NCBI GenBank assembly: GCA_018263575.1
Contig: JAANWX010000057.1
Coordinates: 1 to 49,132, forward strand
Direction: 5' to 3'
Origin: Chloroflexota bacterium
Lineage (GTDB): Bacteria; Chloroflexota; Anaerolineae; Anaerolineales; UBA11858
DNA: 49,132 bases
Below, piece after piece: positions 8,069-17,284 of this stretch (its first letter is position 1; each line of letters begins with the position of its first letter). The translations under genes and the position numbers were made by a program. The notes under the pieces were generated by a model. That model did not search any database and was not told where the DNA came from. It saw nothing but the letters and a program-made list of their open reading frames with translations.

Positions 8069-9076
8069 ATGCTTAAAAAAATAACAGGAAAATTATTCAG
8101 AAAAATCGCCGCAAGTCGCGGGTACAAATTGGTCCCAGGAAAACTCCTTTTTGATTGGCAAAAAGAACTTGGCGTGCATAAATCGCCCCCTAAAATCGAC
8201 CTTCCTCCAGGTGCAGCAGAAGCCCTGCGTTATCAGAATCCAACCCTAGTCGAGTACTGCCAGCGATATGCCGCCTTCGACGAGCGGGTGACCACGCCCC
8301 TCAAGTGGACCCAAGACTTAGTCTCAGATCGTGACCTGCAAACCTTCCGGGGCCATAACGCCTACGTGTATCAAACAGGAAGCCTGACCCGGAATATTGT
8401 GGCGTACACATTAGCCGCGTACTATATCAAAGCCAACGACCCGTTCGGGCTATGGGACACGCTTCAGGAAAAGGGGGATTTTGGCGTCCTGGCCCACAAG
8501 GTAGATGGCAAATTAATTTCCAGGGACCTTTTAGACTCCATCCTAGAGATCAATTTTCTAGAATCACTACTCAAACTATCCTCCTGGGAGAATCTTTCCG
8601 TCCTAGACATTGGCGCCGGCTACGGTCGATTGGCGCACAGGATGGTGGCCGCTTATGACAATCTGGGTCAATACCTGTGCACAGACGCCTTTCCGGTTTC
8701 GACCTTTCTTTGTGATTATTATTTGCGCTATAAGGGTATCGGTGAAAAAGCAAAATCTATCCCCCTGGATGAAATTGAAAAACGACTTGAAAAAACCACG
8801 ATCAATTTAGCAGTCAATGTCCACAGCTTTTCAGAATGTCAATGGTCCGCCATCGACTGGTGGATGTCGCTCCTGCAAAAGAACCGTGTGAAATACCTTA
8901 TGATCGTGCCCAACACGGGGGAACAATTACTGACCTTCGACCGCAAGGATTTCCTCCCTTTAGTGGAAGAGAAAGGGTACCGGCGGATAGCCCTAGCGCC
9001 AAAGTATAACGATCCTGCCGTTCAAAAATACGGCGCAAACCCCGATCATTATCACCTCTTCCAACTCGCTTCCTAA
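8069..9076 (+). CDS. Class I SAM-dependent methyltransferase (substrate unknown)
   Basis: Motif I VLDIGAGYGRLA. GC content is lower than in the neighbouring genes. Confidence 0.65.
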   Translation: MLKKITGKLFRKIAASRGYKLVPGKLLFDWQKELGVHKSPPKIDLPPGAAEALRYQNPTLVEYCQRYAAFDERVTTPLKWTQDLVSDRDLQTFRGHNAYVYQTGSLTRNIVAYTLAAYYIKANDPFGLWDTLQEKGDFGVLAHKVDGKLISRDLLDSILEINFLESLLKLSSWENLSVLDIGAGYGRLAHRMVAAYDNLGQYLCTDAFPVSTFLCDYYLRYKGIGEKAKSIPLDEIEKRLEKTTINLAVNVHSFSECQWSAIDWWMSLLQKNRVKYLMIVPNTGEQLLTFDRKDFLPLVEEKGYRRIALAPKYNDPAVQKYGANPDHYHLFQLAS

Positions 9077-9088
9077 GAAATTACACAA

Positions 9089-10150
9089 CTACTGATTCCG
9101 CTGCAAATACCGGGCAATCTGGCGGTCGATTTTCCCCATCGGGTACCCGTCCAGTTCTCCCACTCCCGCCCACTTCCAATCCGTGTGCTCCCTTAGCTGG
9201 ATCTCCTCCGTCACAAGCTGGCATTGAAAGGCGTGCAGCGTGATCCGAAAATGTGTATAAGCGTGATCATACACCCCCAGCGTCTCCCCAACCGCAATCT
9301 CCACCCCCAACTCCTCTTGAATTTCGCGTCTCAGGCAAGCGGATAGACTTTCACCCGCCTCCTGTGTTCCACCGGGGAATTCCCACATCCCGCCCAACAA
9401 CCCATCTGGGGGACGGCGGGCAATGAGCACTCGCCCAGCTTGGGGAATAACGGCCGCGGTCACCGTGTGGTGGGGGATGGGGGACTTCGCCTTCCGCACC
9501 GGCCGTTCTTCTTGTATCCCCAACACTCGTGCCTGGCAACCGCCCTTAACGGGACAGCGGGAACAGTTGGGGGTGCGGGACGTGCACACCAAGGCCCCCA
9601 AATCCATCAGAGCCTGGTTATAGCGGCTGGCGTGTGCGGGAAGGTGTTCCCCCGCCAAGGCCCACAGGCGCTTCTCTCCCGCGCTGGTGTGGATGGGAAT
9701 GGTGACGTTGAAGAAACGGGACAACACCCGGCGGATGTTCCCGTCCAGGGCCGGCTCGTCCGCACCAAAAGCTATCGAGGCCAGGGCCGCGGCCGTGTAG
9801 CGGCCAATCCCCGGCAAGGTGCGCAAAGTTTGGGCATCCCCCGGGAGAGTTCCCCCGTAGTCCTCCATCACCATCCCCGCCGCCCGATGCAAGGCTCGCG
9901 CGCGGCGGTAATAGCCCAATCCCTCCCACAAGGACAAGACCTCCTCCTGGGACGCCTCCGCCAGGGACTGAAGGGTCGGGAAACGGGCCATCCAGCGCTC
10001 AAAATAGGGTATCACCGCCGTCACCCGCGTCTGCTGAAGCATGACTTCCGAGACTAAGACCGCATACGGGTCGGACATCCCCCGCCAGGGTAGATCACGG
10101 GTATTTTCAGCATACCAGGTTAATAATTTTTCAGGAAAGTTTTCGCTCAT
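9089..10150 (-). CDS. mutY: A/G-specific adenine DNA glycosylase
   Basis: HhH-GPD region (LPGIGRYTAAA), 4Fe-4S loop CTSRTPNCSRCPVKGGC, and a C-terminal NUDIX-like domain. Confidence 0.9.
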   Translation of the reverse strand: MSENFPEKLLTWYAENTRDLPWRGMSDPYAVLVSEVMLQQTRVTAVIPYFERWMARFPTLQSLAEASQEEVLSLWEGLGYYRRARALHRAAGMVMEDYGGTLPGDAQTLRTLPGIGRYTAAALASIAFGADEPALDGNIRRVLSRFFNVTIPIHTSAGEKRLWALAGEHLPAHASRYNQALMDLGALVCTSRTPNCSRCPVKGGCQARVLGIQEERPVRKAKSPIPHHTVTAAVIPQAGRVLIARRPPDGLLGGMWEFPGGTQEAGESLSACLRREIQEELGVEIAVGETLGVYDHAYTHFRITLHAFQCQLVTEEIQLREHTDWKWAGVGELDGYPMGKIDRQIARYLQRNQ

Positions 10151-10153
10151 ACT

Positions 10154-11581
10154 TTAATAAACCGGCATGCTAGGATCAACTTCAACAGCCCAGTTGTTGA
10201 TTCCCCATTTTAGATTCTTTATCCTGCGAAATCCCGCGCTGGCCAAGATTTCCAAGGCACGCGTGGAGCGGGTGCCAGATTTGCAAAAGAGAACAATTTC
10301 TTCTGCGCTGTCCAGCTTATGCATTCGAGAAGCCAATTGCCCCATCGGGATCAGGTCAGCGCCCTCTAGGCTGGAGATTTCTAACTCATGCGGTTCGCGG
10401 ACATCAATCAGGTGAATATCGTCCTCTTTCTCTAATCGTTCTTTCAACTCAAGGGCGGTGATGTCCCACTCTTCCCCGGCCGAGCCTGCGCCATGGTCGT
10501 GAGCGGGCATGCCGCAGAACTCTTCGTAGTCGATTAATTCCGTCACTTCGGGGTCAGAACCGCACACCTTGCAATCCGGATTCTTGCGCAGGTTGACGAA
10601 ATCAAAGGACATGTCCAGGGCGTTATAGAGCAATAATTTACCGGCCAGAGAATCTCCAATACCCAAGATCAATTTTATGGCTTCGGTAGCCTGAATGGTG
10701 CCTATGGTGCCTGGCAAAACCCCCAGCACCCCACCCTCAGCGCAGGAAGGCACCAATCCCGGTGGGGGCGGTTCGGGGAAGAGACAACGATAACATGGCC
10801 CCTCTTGGGCATCGAAAACGCTGGCCTGTCCCTCGAAGCGGAAAATCGAGCCATAGACGTTGGGCTTCCCGGTCATGACACAGAGGTCGTTGACCAAATA
10901 CCGGGTGGGGAAATTATCTGTCCCATCGATGATGAGATCATAGGGCTTGGCTATACGAAAGGCGTTTTCCGAAGTGAACAATTCGTTATAGACATCAACC
11001 TCAATGGAGGGGTTGATGTCAAGCATGCGTTCGCGAGCGGACTCCACCTTAAGTTCATCCAACTGGGATTCGCCATGAATGACCTGGCGCTGCAAATTGG
11101 AAAAGTCCACCACATCATAATCAACCAGGCCAATGCGGCCAATCCCAGCCGCGGCCAGGTAGAGGGCCACTGGCGACCCCAATCCCCCTGTGCCGATGAC
11201 CAAGACGGAGGCGGCCTTAAGTTTTTTCTGCCCCGCCAAGCCAACCTCGGGGATCAGCAAATGGCGGGAGTAACGGTGAATCTCCTCGTGAGACAGTTCA
11301 GGCAAGTCAGTGCCACCGGCAATGCTGGGAATAATTTTAAGTATATCCTCCTCATTTATCGAGGTATCAACACCCTGTAGATGACGAATATTCTCCGAAC
11401 CAAGAAAAAGATTGACGAATGGCCGAAGTTCTCCAGCCTCGGAAAAGAGATGTTTCTTAAGCGCCGGATGCTGCGTCACGAGATCATCCAATGCTTCGGC
11501 GACATTCTGCCCCTTAACGTTGACTTCGGTTTGGTCGTCCGCGTAGGGGCGAAGGGGTGTGGGAATTTTTAAAGTTGTCAC
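10154..11581 (-). CDS. moeZ: Fusion protein: CysO/MoaD-like beta-grasp sulfur carrier (ends ...IAGG) plus MoeB/ThiF adenylyltransferase plus rhodanese (MoeZ-type)
   Basis: GTG start at 11581 with AGGAG 8 nt upstream. The 52 codons upstream in the tracked ORF run through a repeat element. Residues 1-90 resemble mycobacterial CysO (IPTPLRP...FVNLF...IAGG), followed by RYSRHLLIPEVG, GTGGLG, CYRC/CKVC and the rhodanese loop CKSGTRS. Confidence 0.85.
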   Translation of the reverse strand: MTTLKIPTPLRPYADDQTEVNVKGQNVAEALDDLVTQHPALKKHLFSEAGELRPFVNLFLGSENIRHLQGVDTSINEEDILKIIPSIAGGTDLPELSHEEIHRYSRHLLIPEVGLAGQKKLKAASVLVIGTGGLGSPVALYLAAAGIGRIGLVDYDVVDFSNLQRQVIHGESQLDELKVESARERMLDINPSIEVDVYNELFTSENAFRIAKPYDLIIDGTDNFPTRYLVNDLCVMTGKPNVYGSIFRFEGQASVFDAQEGPCYRCLFPEPPPPGLVPSCAEGGVLGVLPGTIGTIQATEAIKLILGIGDSLAGKLLLYNALDMSFDFVNLRKNPDCKVCGSDPEVTELIDYEEFCGMPAHDHGAGSAGEEWDITALELKERLEKEDDIHLIDVREPHELEISSLEGADLIPMGQLASRMHKLDSAEEIVLFCKSGTRSTRALEILASAGFRRIKNLKWGINNWAVEVDPSMPVY

Positions 11582-11633
11582 GATTATTACTCCTGGATAT
11601 GGATAATGAATACGGTTTGGTTTATTTCTTCTC

Positions 11634-11684
11634 CTCACCGCGAGGCCCTCACCCCCTCCCCTCGGCAGAGGGAAGAGGGTGACG
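11634..11684. repeat. GEGxGVR-type GC-rich hairpin repeat (inverted relative of 1566-1605)
   Basis: ctcaccgcgaggccctcaccccctcccctcggcagagggaagagggtgacg. Confidence 0.65.
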
Positions 11685-11705
11685 AAGGGTTGGGATATTA
11701 TAAAA

Positions 11706-11996
11706 TCAGCACCCTTCTCTCTCAACAACGGTCTCACAGTGAGAGGCGGGGTGGATTTCTACCGGGCCCGCCTGCTGGAAAGGTTGCATGAAATTTTCAA
11801 TGTTTTCAACTTCATCCGATTCGAGGATCAGATTGAACGTGTGTTTGCCATCAAGAACGGCATCGGCGTGGAGTTTGACGCCGAATTTACGGGCGTTCAT
11901 GGGGCTGATGTGTTGCAGCAGCATATTCCCCATTTCCGGGTCGCGAGCCGGGCAAGTTTCAGAATCATGTTTGTGGGTAACGAAATAGAGAGACAT
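11706..11996 (-). CDS. Small uncharacterised cysteine-containing protein in the cysM-mec-moeZ operon
   Basis: 96 aa with GGAGG 5 nt upstream of the ATG. Contains HDSETCPARD and C-terminal HCETVVEREGC. I do not recognise the family. Confidence 0.65.
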   Translation of the reverse strand: MSLYFVTHKHDSETCPARDPEMGNMLLQHISPMNARKFGVKLHADAVLDGKHTFNLILESDEVENIENFMQPFQQAGPVEIHPASHCETVVEREGC

Positions 11997-12021
11997 TTTT
12001 TCCTCCAGTTGTCAGTTTGGG

Positions 12022-12450
12022 TTAAGATTTTACTTGTATTGATTCTTCTTCGAAGGTCGAGCGATCGTCGGTCAGACGCCATGAGTGAGATTCGACGGCC
12101 TCACCTGCGTTCACGCTGGTGATGAGGTAGGAAAACCAGGGCAAGGCCCACTCCCGGTCATAGGCCGAGGGCCGGTTAGGATGGTCGGGGTGAGAATGGA
12201 AAACGCCAATCACGTCTAAGCCGCGCTCAGCAGCAATTTCTTCAGCACGCAGCATATCTTCGGGGGCCAGCATATACCGGTTATGGCGGGCGGAATCCTC
12301 GCGAATATTATCCAACATTAAAATATCGCTCACCGTCCGCGCGTCTTCTCGGTTCTGTCCTAATAATAAACCAGCCCCCTCATCTGGGTAGGTTTCCTCG
12401 CCATGAGCATGGATACGGTGAAGTAGTTTTTTAGAAATGATTATTTTCAT
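12022..12450 (-). CDS. mec: MPN/JAMM metalloprotease (Mec+-like)
   Basis: JAMM signature HSHPDHPNRPSAYD (HxHx7Sx2D) plus an upstream conserved Glu (YPDEGAG). Confidence 0.85.
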   Translation of the reverse strand: MKIIISKKLLHRIHAHGEETYPDEGAGLLLGQNREDARTVSDILMLDNIREDSARHNRYMLAPEDMLRAEEIAAERGLDVIGVFHSHPDHPNRPSAYDREWALPWFSYLITSVNAGEAVESHSWRLTDDRSTFEEESIQVKS

Positions 12451-12480
12451 AAGCTTGTCTTTTCCTCGCAGCGCGGATTA

Positions 12481-13464
12481 TTACGCCCAAAGCGCTTCAT
12501 CGCTGAGATATTTATAACCAGCATCAGGGAAAACGGTGACCACCACCCCCTCCTCCAATTGCGCGGCAACCTGGAGGGCAGCAACAGCCGCCGCTCCGGA
12601 GGAAATGCCTACAAAATAGCCCTCTTCGCGCGCCAGACGCCGCACCATCTCATAAGCTGCTTCGGTAGCAACTCCCAGAATTTGGTCAGGGGCCTCAGGG
12701 TCATAGATTTTGGGCTGAATGGCGGTGGTCATGTGTTTGAGACCTTCCAAACCATGGAAAGCCGCCTCGGGTTGGACAGCGATGGCCTTAACCGAAGGGT
12801 CGTGTTCCCGCAAGGCACGCGACACGCCCATAAAGGTTCCCGAAGTACCCAAACCGGCCACAAAATGTGTGATTTCGCCCGCAGTTTGGGTGATGATCTC
12901 AGGGCCAGTGGCGTGGTAATGGGCTTGCCAGTTGGCTGGGTTATCGTATTGATTCGCGTAATAATACCGCTCGGGGTGCTGTTTGGCCAACTTCCGAACA
13001 GCGTGGATGGCGCCGTCAGAACCTTCCATGGGATCGGTGAAGATCAGTTCCGCGCCCAAGGCGCGCAAGATGGCCACTCGCTCCGGGCTGACGTTCTCGG
13101 GTATGACCAGCGTCACGGGGACATCGAGCGAGGCCCCAAAAGTGGCATATGCGATTCCCATATTTCCAGACGTAGAATCCAGCAAGCGGGTGCCAGGGAG
13201 GATTTTTCCCTCGAACAACGCGGTGCGGATAATGTTGAAAGCCGGGCGATCTTTAACCGATCCTCCCGGGTTGAGCCATTCAGCTTTTGCGTAAACATGT
13301 ACAGCGGGAGAGATGTGCCCATTTATGCTGCGCAAGGACAGCAAGGGTGTATTCCCAACCGATTTTAACAAGTCCATTCCTTCCATATCCATGGGGGATG
13401 GGCCTGGAACAGGGGTTGTAGTTGGACGTGATGGGGTTGCTATGGTTTTAGTCGGGGCAATCAT
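12481..13464 (-). CDS. cysM: Cysteine synthase, CysM-like (PLP-dependent)
   Basis: SVKDRPA PLP-lysine motif, GLGTSGTFMG loop and GNTPLL. I place the start at ATG 13464 (AAGGAGA 5-6 nt upstream) rather than at 13539. Confidence 0.85.
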   Translation of the reverse strand: MIAPTKTIATPSRPTTTPVPGPSPMDMEGMDLLKSVGNTPLLSLRSINGHISPAVHVYAKAEWLNPGGSVKDRPAFNIIRTALFEGKILPGTRLLDSTSGNMGIAYATFGASLDVPVTLVIPENVSPERVAILRALGAELIFTDPMEGSDGAIHAVRKLAKQHPERYYYANQYDNPANWQAHYHATGPEIITQTAGEITHFVAGLGTSGTFMGVSRALREHDPSVKAIAVQPEAAFHGLEGLKHMTTAIQPKIYDPEAPDQILGVATEAAYEMVRRLAREEGYFVGISSGAAAVAALQVAAQLEEGVVVTVFPDAGYKYLSDEALWA

Positions 13465-13779
13465 TAAGTCTCCTTTAACCAAAAAAGCCAATAGACATAA
13501 AATAAGCAGCGGGTAAGCCGCCGTAAACACGTGCTTCAATGCTCGCGGAGTCGCGACTACCCTTCGCCTGTCTATTGGTCGGAGATTGTACTAGAAATTT
13601 GACGAGACGGGTAGCGTTACGATCCCCGCCCCATACAGATGCAAAGTAACAAAGTTATTTCCTCCAAAAGTTTTTTATGATAATATTGATGTAAATTATA
13701 TTTATATTATGGGATTTGTCAAGGCTTAGGATTATATCAACTTGACAAGTTTCAAGTTAATAATTAAACTTGTCTATAT

Positions 13780-15659
13780 GACTCCACTGAAAAAAGGTGA
13801 CTTTTAACACTTGCAAAATGCATAAATTAACATAGAATAGAATCGTAATTAACATACGTATCTAAAGGAAAAATCTATGTTTATGCCAAATGAAAGTCAT
13901 CGTCAAACAGGTATTTTCGACACCATCAATGAGTTACCTGACAAGCAATTAGAACGCTTAGAAGAATCCTGGGCAGACACATTTTACAAAGAAGTATTCA
14001 TGAGGATTAATGAAGACATCTTTGCAGAGCTGTACTCCGAAAAACCATCTCGACCCAACGTGCCGATTAACATACTGGTAGGCCTGGAAATCCTAAAATA
14101 CGGTTGCGGATGGACAGACCATGAGATGCATGACTTTTTTACTTATAACGTACAAGTGCGTTATGCCTTAGGTTGCAGAGACTTGGCAAGCGAACACTTT
14201 GAATTACGAACCATGTACAATTTTCGGCGAAGGCTAGTCAAACATGAACAAGAAACAGGGGAAAACTTATTTGAGAATGTGTTTGAGCAGGTTACAGACG
14301 AGCAACTGGAGGTTCTCCCGGTAAAAACAAATCAGTTGCGGAAAGATAGCACGCTCATCATGAGTAATATTCGAGAAATGACTCGCATCCGGTTATTAGT
14401 AGAAGTATTGCAAAGAGTCCATAGGATGTTAAGTGAAGAAGACCAAGAAAAATATCAAGACGAGTTTAAGCCGTACCTGAAAGGAAGTTCAGGGCAATAT
14501 ATCTACAACCTTGAAGAGGGAGAGTATAAAAGCAGCTTAGAAGCGATTGGTCAAGTGATGCAACAGTTAGTGATAGAGCTAGCGGAAGAGTATGGGGAGG
14601 AAGCATGTTACACAATATTGCAACGAGTATTTGAAGAGCATTATACTCTGGAAGACAATGCCTTACGCCCAAAACAGGGTCAAGAACTGAAAGCAGACAG
14701 CCTCCAATCGCCAGATGATCACGGTGTGCACCCAACTGGTGAGGGAGGCTACATATCGGAAAAAACGTGGAGAAGATTACCAAGGGTACACATTTAGCGC
14801 AACGGAGACCTGCAATCCGGAAAATGATCTGCAATTGATTGTCTCTATCCAAACAGAGCCTAACAACACTGACGACGCTGAAATGTTGGAAGAAGAGATA
14901 CCCGACTTGAAAAAGCTGACTGATGTAGAGGAAATATATATCGATGGTGGGTTTGGAAGCTCTGATGTAGATAAAGCGGCATCCAAAAATGAAATAGAGC
15001 TTTTTCAAACCGCTATTCGAGGGCGGAAGCCATCTTCAGATAAATTGTATTTATCTGATTTCACATGGGAAGTGGACGAGGAAAGTCTTCCATCCACGAT
15101 AACGTGTCCCAATGGGCAAGAAGTGGCAGTTGAAAATGGTAGAAAGGAACATAGATACTTGGCCTATTTTGATAGTGACCAGTGTGCTACTTGTTCTCGG
15201 ATAGATATATGTCCAACTGCTGAGCTAAAAACAAAACCGCTGAGAGTGTTGAGGTTTTCACAAGAGGAGCTTTGTGTCGCCAAAAGGAGGAAAAATAGTG
15301 AAGCACTCCGAAATTCGGGAAAGAACTTACGTAGTGCGGTTGAAGCCACTATGCGTTCAGTACAACATCCTTTTGGAGAGAAATTACCGGTGAGGGGTGA
15401 TCACCGCATTAGTACAGCGATGGCCGGATCAACGCTTATGACGAATTCGCGTCGAATTCATCGTTACGAAGTAGAAAAGAGGAAGAAAAAAGCTCAAGAG
15501 CAAGAAAAAAAACAAAATGAAGAGACAAAAAATGACTTGGGTATTTCTTTGCCTTCTTTTTTAACTCATTTTATCCGCAGATTGCGAAGCTTAAAAGTTG
15601 ACTTTGGGTATACTTTTGCTTTTTCTAGTGTTTAAACCCAGTGTTTTTTCAGAAGAGTC
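13780..15659 (+). mobile_element. IS1182/IS5-like insertion sequence (~1.9 kb) with imperfect ~34-bp terminal inverted repeats
   Basis: The left end gactccactgaaaaaaggtgacttttaacact matches the reverse complement of the right end gactcttctgaaaaaacactgggtttaaacact. The element is AT-rich relative to its flanks and carries the transposase ORFs. Confidence 0.75.
13877..15635 (+). pseudogene. IS1182-like DDE transposase split into two overlapping ORFs by a +1/-2 frame change
   Basis: ORF1 has a DUF772-like N-terminus (VPINILVGLEILKYGCGWTDHEM). ORF2 continues with ATYRKKRGEDYQGY and CPNGQEV...CATCSRIDICP. The frame switch falls between about 14718 and 14740, where I see no slippery motif. Confidence 0.7.
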
Positions 15660-16349
15660 CTAATTTGTTTATCGCTAGATGGATTATATGCAAATGGGCC
15701 AGTCATGCAAATTTGTGAAGACAACAATTGGAGGTACATCATTGTTTTGCGAGATAAGAAATTACTCAATCTGCACCGCTCTTATCAGACAGTATTACCT
15801 CACGTACCAGAAAATCATAAAAAACTGCTACTGGGCCAACAGAGAGAGATTTCTCAAGATTATCGATGGGCACTTAATATAGAATATAAAGACAGTGAAG
15901 GACGTATTCATACTCCAAATATTTTGGTATGTGAGGAATGTAAACCCGTAAAAGGGGAACGAAAAACGTCTAAGCACATGTGGATTACCAATTTCACTAT
16001 CACCAATCAAAATGTTGGTGTCATAGCTAATGAGGGCGGTCGTTTACGTTGGAAAATTGAGAATGAAGGCTTCAATGAGCAAAAGAATTCTGATTTTGCC
16101 CTTGAGCATTCTTACAGCGAGGATGAAGTTGCAGCAAAAGTATTTTACTATCTCCTGCAAATGGCTTATACAATCTTCCAACTCCTAGAAAAAGGTAGTG
16201 ATTTCCGTAAAGCTTTTCCAAATGGTGTAGGCAGTCTGAAGAATATCGCTTCCAGATTACTAGAAGCTTGGCGGACTCTACGATTAAGTACAATTGGTTT
16301 CTGTAGTCTATACAACGGCAGGTACCAGATTCGATTTGACACTTCCTGA
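15660..16349 (+). pseudogene. 5'-truncated IS4/IS701-like DDE transposase remnant
   Basis: The open frame starts at the IS junction (LDGLYANGPVMQICEDNNWRYIIVL...) and contains RLRWKIENEGFNEQKN. The N-terminal half is absent. Confidence 0.65.
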
Positions 16350-16741
16350 CTTAATACGGAAGTAAGTTTGCGGCTTCTATCTTTATCCTCTAGTTGGCCT
16401 TGGTGGGTATAAGACAATTAGTGCGAAAATTATCTTCCGCTAAAACTTCAATTTGGTGCAAGTCAAGATTTTTTCTTATTACAAACAAGTAGAGGCCTCT
16501 TTACCAAGTTCCCCAAGCGGGGGAAGGGGGGACGTGTGTCATTTTTACGCTGCATTTTCACTAAAAGTTGATTTGCTTTCTTTTGGGCTATTTGTCTTTT
16601 TTGTTTTATCAACTCATTCTTCACCGCTGACTAGAAAATACAATTTATGCAAGTAAAAAATACTTGTGCATACCTAAGAAGCTATCTACTTCCCTTTTTG
16701 AGCACACCAATCTCCATGCTGCTTATTTCGTCCTAAAACAC

Positions 16742-16770
16742 TTGTTTTAATCCTATATTCGTGGTATTAT
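16742..16770 (+). promoter_or_regulatory. Candidate sigma70-type promoter for the Lrp-led gene cluster
   Basis: TTGTTT, a 17-nt spacer, then TGgTATTAT (extended -10). Short inverted repeats attcg/cgaat overlap it. Confidence 0.4.
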
Positions 16771-16809
16771 CGAATTACCTTTCCGAATATCGCAGTAAGG
16801 GTGACCAGA

Positions 16810-17268
16810 ATGGATGAGTTAGATATTAAAATTCTTCAGTTTTTGCAAGAGGATGGAAGAACCCCCTTTACACAAATTGCCAAGAAAACTGGGGTCTCAG
16901 AATCAACAATTCGCAGCCGGTACGCAAGTCTTATCGAAACAGGTGTCGTTCACACGGTGTCGATCGTTGATCCATTTGTGCTTGGATTCCAGGCTCCGGC
17001 CATTATTGGCATTTCCGTAGAAGTGGGTAACATAGACAATGTTGCTCAAGAGATCATCGCTTTGCCAGAGGTAAGTTACCTTGTGATGACCTTAGGCACT
17101 TACGACATTGTTGCCGAAGTCTTCTGTCGCGATCTTTCGCACCTTGTTGATCTAATTACAAATCGCTTTCACGAGGTAGCTGGTATTCGGGAGACCGAAA
17201 CCCTGGTGATCGGAAAATCTTATAAACTCAGTTACCGTTGGTCCCCTCGCTTTGACGATTTAGAATAA
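16810..17268 (+). CDS. Lrp/AsnC-family transcriptional regulator
   Basis: MDELDIKILQFLQEDGRTPFTQIAKKTGVSESTIRSRY HTH plus a C-terminal RAM/AsnC_trans_reg domain. The tracked ORF starts at GTG 16801; ATG 16810 fits the family N-terminus better. Confidence 0.85.
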   Translation: MDELDIKILQFLQEDGRTPFTQIAKKTGVSESTIRSRYASLIETGVVHTVSIVDPFVLGFQAPAIIGISVEVGNIDNVAQEIIALPEVSYLVMTLGTYDIVAEVFCRDLSHLVDLITNRFHEVAGIRETETLVIGKSYKLSYRWSPRFDDLE

Positions 17269-17284
17269 CCTGAAAAATACTCTA

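Noticed and set aside
11582-11737. 52-codon upstream extension of the MoeZ-fusion ORF (ATG at 11737)
   Set aside because: The extension translates a GEGxGVR-type repeat element (FPLPRGGGEGLAVRRR) and lacks an RBS. GTG 11581 has AGGAG 8 nt upstream and gives an N-terminus matching CysO.
13465-13539. Signal-peptide-like N-terminal extension of CysM (ATG at 13539)
   Set aside because: Cysteine synthases are cytoplasmic. The ATG at 13464 is preceded by AAGGAGA at ideal spacing, so the extension is probably untranslated.
13465-13680. Possible S-box/SAM or other sulfur-metabolite riboswitch in the cysM 5' leader (minus strand)
   Set aside because: I read the reverse complement and saw no recognisable SAM-I, SAM-II or SAM-IV core, only weak 5-bp stems. 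A covariance-model scan would be needed to exclude other classes.
14755-14770. A6 run (ggaaaaaacg) as a programmed -1 frameshift site in the transposase
   Set aside because: The protein-level switch from ORF1 to ORF2 has to occur upstream of this run (between SPDD and EATYRKK) and needs a +1/-2 change. A mutational indel is more likely than programmed slippage.
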